NCBI GenBank assembly: GCA_947494205.1
Contig: CANLUH010000004.1
Location: 152,773 to 216,772 of the forward strand
Length of the DNA: 64,000 bases
From: an uncultured Flavobacteriaceae bacterium
GTDB lineage: Bacteria; Bacteroidota; Bacteroidia; Flavobacteriales; Flavobacteriaceae
Reading direction: 5' to 3'
The notes beneath the pieces are model-generated. The model was not told where the DNA came from and did not search any database. It saw only the letters and a program-made list of their open reading frames with translations. The position numbers were made by a program, and so were the translations under genes. Shown one piece after another: positions 58,399 through 64,000 of the stretch; the stretch's first letter is position 1; the number at the start of each line of letters is the position of its first letter.

Positions 58399-60597
58399 TT
58401 AGTCTTTAAACTCGTCTTTCATTTTACTTGGCAGCACATCGAATCCCATATTAAACAATGTGAATCCGTAGATATCTGCATATTGTTCTATAGTTTTACT
58501 TACTGGTGTTCCAGCGCCATGCCCTGCATCTGTTTCTATACGAATAAGTGTTGGGTTAGTTCCCGTTTGCTTGTCTTGTAATTCGGCAGCAAATTTAAAA
58601 CTGTGTGCTGGTACTACACGATCATCATGATCTCCTGTGGTTACCATAGTTGCTGGATATTCTACTCCTGGTTTTACATTATGTACTGGGGAGTAGCCTT
58701 TTAAATAATCGAACATTTCTTTACTTTGCTCCGAAGTACCGTAGTCGTATGCCCAACCTGCACCTGCTGTAAAGGTGTGGTAACGTAACATATCTAAAAC
58801 ACCAACGGCTGGTAATGCTACTTTCATTAAATCTGGTCGTTGCGTCATGGTTGCGCCTACTAATAGCCCTCCGTTAGATCCTCCACGAATTGCTAAATAA
58901 TCTGAAGACGTGTATTTGTTTGCGATTAAATATTCGGCTGCAGCTATAAAATCATCGAATACATTTTGCTTTTTAAGTTGTGTTCCTGCATCGTGCCATT
59001 CTTTTCCGTATTCTCCTCCTCCTCGTAAATTTGGTACAGCATAAATTCCACCTTGCTCCATCCAAACGGCATTTGCGATACTAAATGATGGTGTTAAGCT
59101 AATATTGAATCCGCCATATCCGTATAATATAGTTGGATTTTTACCATTTAATTTTATTCCTTTTTTATGTGTAATAATCATAGGTACTTTTGTACCATCT
59201 TTAGAGTTGTAAAACACTTGCTTACTCTCGTAATCGTCTGAATTAAAATCGATTTTAGATTTTCTGAATAGTTCCGATGCTCCAGTTTTTATATCATATT
59301 TATAAGAGTTACCAGCTGTTACATAGTTTGTAAAAGAATAGTATAATTCTTTTGCTTCTTTTTTAGCTCCAAAACCACTTGCTGTTCCTACTCCTGGTAG
59401 TTTTATTTCTCTAACTAATGTTCCTAAATAATCATACTGTAATACTTTAGAGACTGCATCTACCATATAACTCGCAAAGAAATAACCTCCTCCAGTTGAA
59501 GGGCTTAATACTTGTTTGGTTTCTGGTATAAAATCTACCCAATGTTCTGGTGTAGGATTCGCTGCATCTACAGTTACTACTTTTCTATTTGGTGCATTTA
59601 AGTTTGTTACAATGTATAGTTTACTGCCTTCGTTTTCTATAACATAAGTATCACTATCTGTATGACCAACAATTTCTATCAGTGATGCATTGGCTTTAGT
59701 TAAGTCTTTTATGTATAGTTTATTTCCTGAAGTTGATACTCTTGGAGAAATTAACAGATATCTATTATCCTCGGTTACTGTTGCGTAAATATACCTGTGC
59801 TTTTCTGCTTCGGTTCCTCCATAAATAAGTTCATCTTCTTTTTGTGAGGTTCCTAATTTATGGTAATATACTTTGTGCTGGTCTGTTTTAGCAGATAATT
59901 CACTTCCCTTAGGTTTATCGTAACTTGAATAATAAAAACCTTCGTTTTTATACCAAGACATACCACTAAATTTTATATCTACTAAAGTATCTTCTACAAT
60001 TTCTTTAGTTTCTACATTCATTATTAATATTTTACGCCAATCGCTTCCGCCTTCAGAAATACTATAGGCCAACGTTTTTCCATCTTTAGAAAAACTTGTT
60101 CCACCTAATGAAATGGTTCCATCTTCTTTAAAGGTATTAGGGTCTAAAAATATAGTTGCTGTTTCTGGACTATCTCCTGTTTTATATCTATAAATTACAT
60201 ATTGATTTTGTAACCCATCATTTTTATAGAAATAGGTATAGTCTCCTTCTTTAAAAGGTGAACCTACTTTTTCGTAATTCCATATTTTAGAGAGTCTTTC
60301 TTTTAACTCATCACGGTACGGTATATTATCTAAATAACCATAAGTGGTTTCATTCTGTTTACTTACCCATGCTTCTGTTTCTTTACTTCTATCATCTTCA
60401 AGCCATCTGTAAGGATCTTTTACATCTGTTCCAAAATAGTTGGTTACAGTATCTACTTTTTTTGTTTCTGGATAGGTTACTGCTATTTCTTTTCTTTTCA
60501 TACTTTCTTTCTGCTCTTCTTTACAGGACATAATTACTGAAAGGGTTAATAAGCACAGTGCTACTTTTTTCATAGTTGGTTTTTTTATGAAATTCAT
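58399..60597 (-). CDS. prolyl oligopeptidase family serine peptidase (S9A)
   Basis: Lipoprotein-type signal peptide, beta-propeller N-domain, and a catalytic [10 protein letters not shown] nucleophile elbow with downstream D and H. Confidence 0.85.
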   Translation of the reverse strand: MNFIKKPTMKKVALCLLTLSVIMSCKEEQKESMKRKEIAVTYPETKKVDTVTNYFGTDVKDPYRWLEDDRSKETEAWVSKQNETTYGYLDNIPYRDELKERLSKIWNYEKVGSPFKEGDYTYFYKNDGLQNQYVIYRYKTGDSPETATIFLDPNTFKEDGTISLGGTSFSKDGKTLAYSISEGGSDWRKILIMNVETKEIVEDTLVDIKFSGMSWYKNEGFYYSSYDKPKGSELSAKTDQHKVYYHKLGTSQKEDELIYGGTEAEKHRYIYATVTEDNRYLLISPRVSTSGNKLYIKDLTKANASLIEIVGHTDSDTYVIENEGSKLYIVTNLNAPNRKVVTVDAANPTPEHWVDFIPETKQVLSPSTGGGYFFASYMVDAVSKVLQYDYLGTLVREIKLPGVGTASGFGAKKEAKELYYSFTNYVTAGNSYKYDIKTGASELFRKSKIDFNSDDYESKQVFYNSKDGTKVPMIITHKKGIKLNGKNPTILYGYGGFNISLTPSFSIANAVWMEQGGIYAVPNLRGGGEYGKEWHDAGTQLKKQNVFDDFIAAAEYLIANKYTSSDYLAIRGGSNGGLLVGATMTQRPDLMKVALPAVGVLDMLRYHTFTAGAGWAYDYGTSEQSKEMFDYLKGYSPVHNVKPGVEYPATMVTTGDHDDRVVPAHSFKFAAELQDKQTGTNPTLIRIETDAGHGAGTPVSKTIEQYADIYGFTLFNMGFDVLPSKMKDEFKD

Positions 60598-60803
60598 ATT
60601 CGTTTTAACTAGAAATGGTTAGTGTTTTCTAATAAGAACAGTATAAAAATAAACAAAAAGCGCTTATATAATTATATAAGTTATTATTTAACATGTTATG
60701 GTCTTATTTTAGAAGCTCATACTATCAAAAAAAAAAAAGCTAAATAATGATTTCATTATTCAGCTTAAACTATAAATAGTATTAAAATATTTGTTTTTCT
60801 GTA

Positions 60804-63800
60804 TTAATTCAAAATTAATTTCTTTGTTATTTTTCCTTTGTTTGTAGAAAGGTTTAAAAAATATATTCCTGGCACATAATTACTAATATCTAATGGATAA
60901 GCATTATTATTAGGTGTTATTTTTATTTGTTCTAAAACTTGCTTACCAGTAATATCATAAACACTTAAATTAAAGTTTTCATTGTTTTTTGTTTTAATAT
61001 TAAATATGCCTTTTGAAGGGTTTGGAAATACTAAAAAACCAGAAAGCTCAAATTCTTCACTATTTAATGTGCTTTGACTTCCTACTACAAAGTTATCTAT
61101 AATGGCGCCTTCTTCACTATTTGGGAAATAGGAATCGTAAACAAATCGTAACATTACGCTCGTTTCACTTGCTAGTAAAGCTAAGCTATGATTATATGAG
61201 GTTAATGTTGTGTCTTGACCTGTCCATTGTGCGCCTACACAATCAGTACAACTAGAATTTCCATTATTATACCAGTTTAAATCTGTTGAAGTTCCTAAAA
61301 CTATCCAGTTAACACCTTGATCTATTGAGTATTCCATATACAAAACATCTCTTTCAAATTGCAAATCGTAAGCTAAATCAAACTGAACTAATGGATCTGT
61401 AATTGTAGTCAAATCGTAACATTCTGATAATAAGTAGGTTTTAACCCTAAAAGGAGGTACTCCACTTAAATTTGTACCATACATTTTATTAGTAGGATTA
61501 GTATTATCATTTAAGTTTGTTCCTGTAGGAATACCTCTTTCCCATACTTGTTCTAATTTATCACCTTCACTGTAGCTTGTTAATTTGTCACCGTCTGTTT
61601 CAAATGTATTTATAACTTCTGGTGTTCCTTGTGTATTATTAACATAAATAAAACTAATTCCTAATTCATTATTTATTGCATGTGCATCGTTTACAGTGTT
61701 AATAGTTGCCGAAAACTGGTGTGCGCCTCTTGTTAATGGTAATTGTGGCAAATTGATTGTTGTTGTCGCTTCAGACACTAGGTTACCTGTCCAAATATAG
61801 TTTAAGTTCGTTCCGTCTATAGTGTAGTCAACCTGTATCTCTGTTATTGTGCTTAATCCGTTATTTTTTACTATAATTTCTGGATTAACAGTAGCATTAC
61901 ATTCTATTATTTCAGTAGTATTAAGTCCTTGAACTTCCACAAATCTTATATCTGTTGGTGCTAATTCTATAGGTAATTCAGACTGCCACATACCTCTACC
62001 ATATGTTGCTGCCGTTATTTTATTATCTACTATATTTATTTCAATATCTCTTACTGGTGAATTTGGTAAGTTGGTGTTAAATAATTCCCAAGTCAATGTA
62101 TCATCATCATACCTGTACACACCTATACTAGTTCCTAAATATAATGGGTTTTTAGAATGTAAATCTTGGTGTTTAATGCTATTTTTTGCTACAGCAGGTA
62201 GGCCATTAGAAATGCTATTAAATGTTAATCCGCCATCTGTAGATTTATAAACAAATCCATTACCTGAGGTGGTAACATATACAATATTACTATCTGAATG
62301 ATTTATTTCTATAGATGTTATGACTTGGTTAGAAGGAATATTTGGCGTAAATGCTGTATGATCTACAGTTGTAAAGCTTACTGCTCTATCTATAGTTTTA
62401 CTTATAGTTCTATTAACACCAACAAACATTATATCGGGGTTTGCTTCATCTACTTCTAAAACGTCTATTGTATCTCCAAAATCTGGAGAAATTGGAGATA
62501 AATAAAATTGGTTAGGGGATGCACGTGTATAAATTTTGGTATATCCAGCATATACTTTACTATCACTACTAACAACTAATGGCGTAACCCAATTACCTGT
62601 TGTAGAAGGAAAAGTCCCTAGGCCATAACGATCTGTCCCGGCAAAATCTACATAGTTTAAGGTTGTTCCATTTTGTTGAAATCCATAGTATATATTAGGG
62701 TTTCCCGGATCTATTGCTGCATCCATTCCATCACCACCATGATAGTGTCTCCATTGGTCACCATATAAGCCAAAACCACCATTATCTTGCAATCCTCCTG
62801 CTAGTCTATTTGATGAGTACTTAGATGTTGCAACACGATAAAACTGGCTTATTTGCATATTTGCTGTTTTGTCTGTAAAACTCAAGCCTTGATCTGTAGA
62901 TGTGTAGAACCCACCATCTGAACCTACTAATAATTCTCCATTAGAAACACCTAAGTAATGAATATCTGCATGTGTGTAAGCTTCATTAGAAACAAAGGCA
63001 TTGCTCATTTTTGTCATTGTTGCTTGTCCAGTATTATCTACTATACCTTTCCATATATTTAGTACACCAGTGTAAAACTCATTTTCATTAGAATCTGAAA
63101 CCGCAAAAGCCATATCAAACCAACTTTGCGGAGATTCAAAAATATCACTTCCACTAGGAGCATAAACAGAGTTAAATGTTCCGCCAGAATCTATAGATCG
63201 ATACACCCCTCCAAATCCGTTAGAACTTGTTGCAACAAAAACATATACCATGTTTGGATTTGCATTAGTAACCCCCATAACTAATCGAGAAGCCCCAGTA
63301 GGCAAGCCCATACTATTAGCGATAAAAGTATCTCCAGAATCTGTTGATTTATATAACGTATTAGAAGACGCCGCATAAAGTGTGGTAGGGTCTTGTGGTT
63401 TAACTTTAAGGTCTCTTATATTAACGCCTTGTGTTCCATTTTGATTTGTCCAATTAACTCCTGAATCTGTAGACTTGAATACACCATTATTTGTAGCTAC
63501 CCATATAGTATTAGAATTATTAGGATGAACATAAATATCATTCATTTTACTCGGGGTATTACCAGCAGTTATACTTAACCCTGTTGCTACCCATGTTACT
63601 CCTGCATCTGAAGATTTCCATACACCTATACTACTGGAGTCACTCCCGTCATCATCACCTGTAGCGATATAAATAGTACCTGGGTTTCCATAATCTATTG
63701 CTATTCCTGAGACTCCTATTTGAGGTAAAAAATCAGTTGTTGTAGACCAGGTCGCACCATTATCTGTTGTTTTCCATATACCTCCTGCTGGAGCTCCTGC

Positions 63801-63959
63801 ATAATACACACCACTATTAACAATATCTTTCACTGCAACATTTATACGGCCTTGACCGCCTGTTGTAATATTTCCATGCCCAATATGAGAGAAAGGACCA
63901 ACTGGTTGCCAATTACTTTCATCGACTAAAGCTGTTTTTTGGGCTATTTTATTTTTCAC
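60804..63959 (-). CDS. BNR/Asp-box repeat (GH74/sortilin-like) secreted protein with T9SS C-terminal sorting domain
   Basis: At least 8 S-x-D-x-G-x-T-W/F Asp-box repeats (TTDNGATW, SSDAGVTW, STDSGVNW, STDSGDTF...). The C-terminal FPNPSKGIFNIK...KKLILN is a T9SS CTD. Confidence 0.75.
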   Translation of the reverse strand: MKNKIAQKTALVDESNWQPVGPFSHIGHGNITTGGQGRINVAVKDIVNSGVYYAGAPAGGIWKTTDNGATWSTTTDFLPQIGVSGIAIDYGNPGTIYIATGDDDGSDSSSIGVWKSSDAGVTWVATGLSITAGNTPSKMNDIYVHPNNSNTIWVATNNGVFKSTDSGVNWTNQNGTQGVNIRDLKVKPQDPTTLYAASSNTLYKSTDSGDTFIANSMGLPTGASRLVMGVTNANPNMVYVFVATSSNGFGGVYRSIDSGGTFNSVYAPSGSDIFESPQSWFDMAFAVSDSNENEFYTGVLNIWKGIVDNTGQATMTKMSNAFVSNEAYTHADIHYLGVSNGELLVGSDGGFYTSTDQGLSFTDKTANMQISQFYRVATSKYSSNRLAGGLQDNGGFGLYGDQWRHYHGGDGMDAAIDPGNPNIYYGFQQNGTTLNYVDFAGTDRYGLGTFPSTTGNWVTPLVVSSDSKVYAGYTKIYTRASPNQFYLSPISPDFGDTIDVLEVDEANPDIMFVGVNRTISKTIDRAVSFTTVDHTAFTPNIPSNQVITSIEINHSDSNIVYVTTSGNGFVYKSTDGGLTFNSISNGLPAVAKNSIKHQDLHSKNPLYLGTSIGVYRYDDDTLTWELFNTNLPNSPVRDIEINIVDNKITAATYGRGMWQSELPIELAPTDIRFVEVQGLNTTEIIECNATVNPEIIVKNNGLSTITEIQVDYTIDGTNLNYIWTGNLVSEATTTINLPQLPLTRGAHQFSATINTVNDAHAINNELGISFIYVNNTQGTPEVINTFETDGDKLTSYSEGDKLEQVWERGIPTGTNLNDNTNPTNKMYGTNLSGVPPFRVKTYLLSECYDLTTITDPLVQFDLAYDLQFERDVLYMEYSIDQGVNWIVLGTSTDLNWYNNGNSSCTDCVGAQWTGQDTTLTSYNHSLALLASETSVMLRFVYDSYFPNSEEGAIIDNFVVGSQSTLNSEEFELSGFLVFPNPSKGIFNIKTKNNENFNLSVYDITGKQVLEQIKITPNNNAYPLDISNYVPGIYFLNLSTNKGKITKKLILN

Positions 63960-64000
63960 TTCTAAATAAGTTTCCCATAACTCGGCTGTTGTTGGGAGTG

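Noticed and set aside
1-64000. CRISPR arrays
   Set aside because: No regularly spaced direct repeats with unique spacers were seen. The repeated elements found are promoter cassettes and tRNA-derived motifs of variable spacing.

Overview
This window reads as low-GC Bacteroidota (Flavobacteriia-like) chromosome, with T9SS C-terminal sorting domains and Bacteroidetes-style gene organisation. It falls into three parts.

(1) 1-18.2 kb, housekeeping and a biosynthetic cluster: fabH (partial)-accB-accC, a T9SS-secreted zinc metalloprotease, a TPR hybrid histidine kinase, mtgA, then a tightly overlapping plus-strand operon. The operon encodes an FAD monooxygenase, a SAM methyltransferase, a type III PKS, an SDR, a FabZ-like dehydratase, a KAS, an ACP and a PPTase. 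I interpret it as an srsABC-like alkylresorcinol/phenolic-lipid cluster with dedicated FAS enzymes.

(2) ~18.3-48.9 kb, an unusual, almost entirely minus-strand island with two components.
- Very dense tRNA arrays: at least 20 canonical tRNAs that I could fold by eye, plus numerous degenerate, insertion-containing or half tRNA-like elements.
- A concentrated set of RNA-repair and RNA-end-healing enzymes: a T4 Rnl2-like RNA ligase, a T4-like polynucleotide kinase-phosphatase, an Rnl1-like ligase (KMDGS motif), RtcB adjacent to a PrfH-type release factor, three to four pol-beta-type nucleotidyltransferases, a DEDDh 3'-5' exonuclease, two metallophosphatases, a DUF458 RNase H-like protein, an SPFH/band-7 protein, a Zn-ribbon-SDR fusion and several unknowns including a 610-aa ORF.
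- The island is punctuated by a repeated promoter/operator cassette, by ORF-free and apparently structured stretches of ~2 kb and ~1 kb, and by a duplicated 3' tRNA-Asp fragment near its left edge.
- No integrase, capsid or terminase gene is visible in the window. I read the island as phage- or mobile-element-derived, or a chromosomal counter-tRNase system for tRNA supply and RNA repair.

(3) 48.9-64 kb: an EF-G paralog, a CAP-domain secreted protein, an unusual HTH-WYL regulator fused to a PhyH-like 2OG dioxygenase sitting next to an AlkD-like glycosylase and a small S24-like peptidase, an ABC ATPase, a prolyl oligopeptidase and a large BNR/Asp-box T9SS cargo protein.

All tRNA calls are manual cloverleaf folds; no tRNAscan run was possible.
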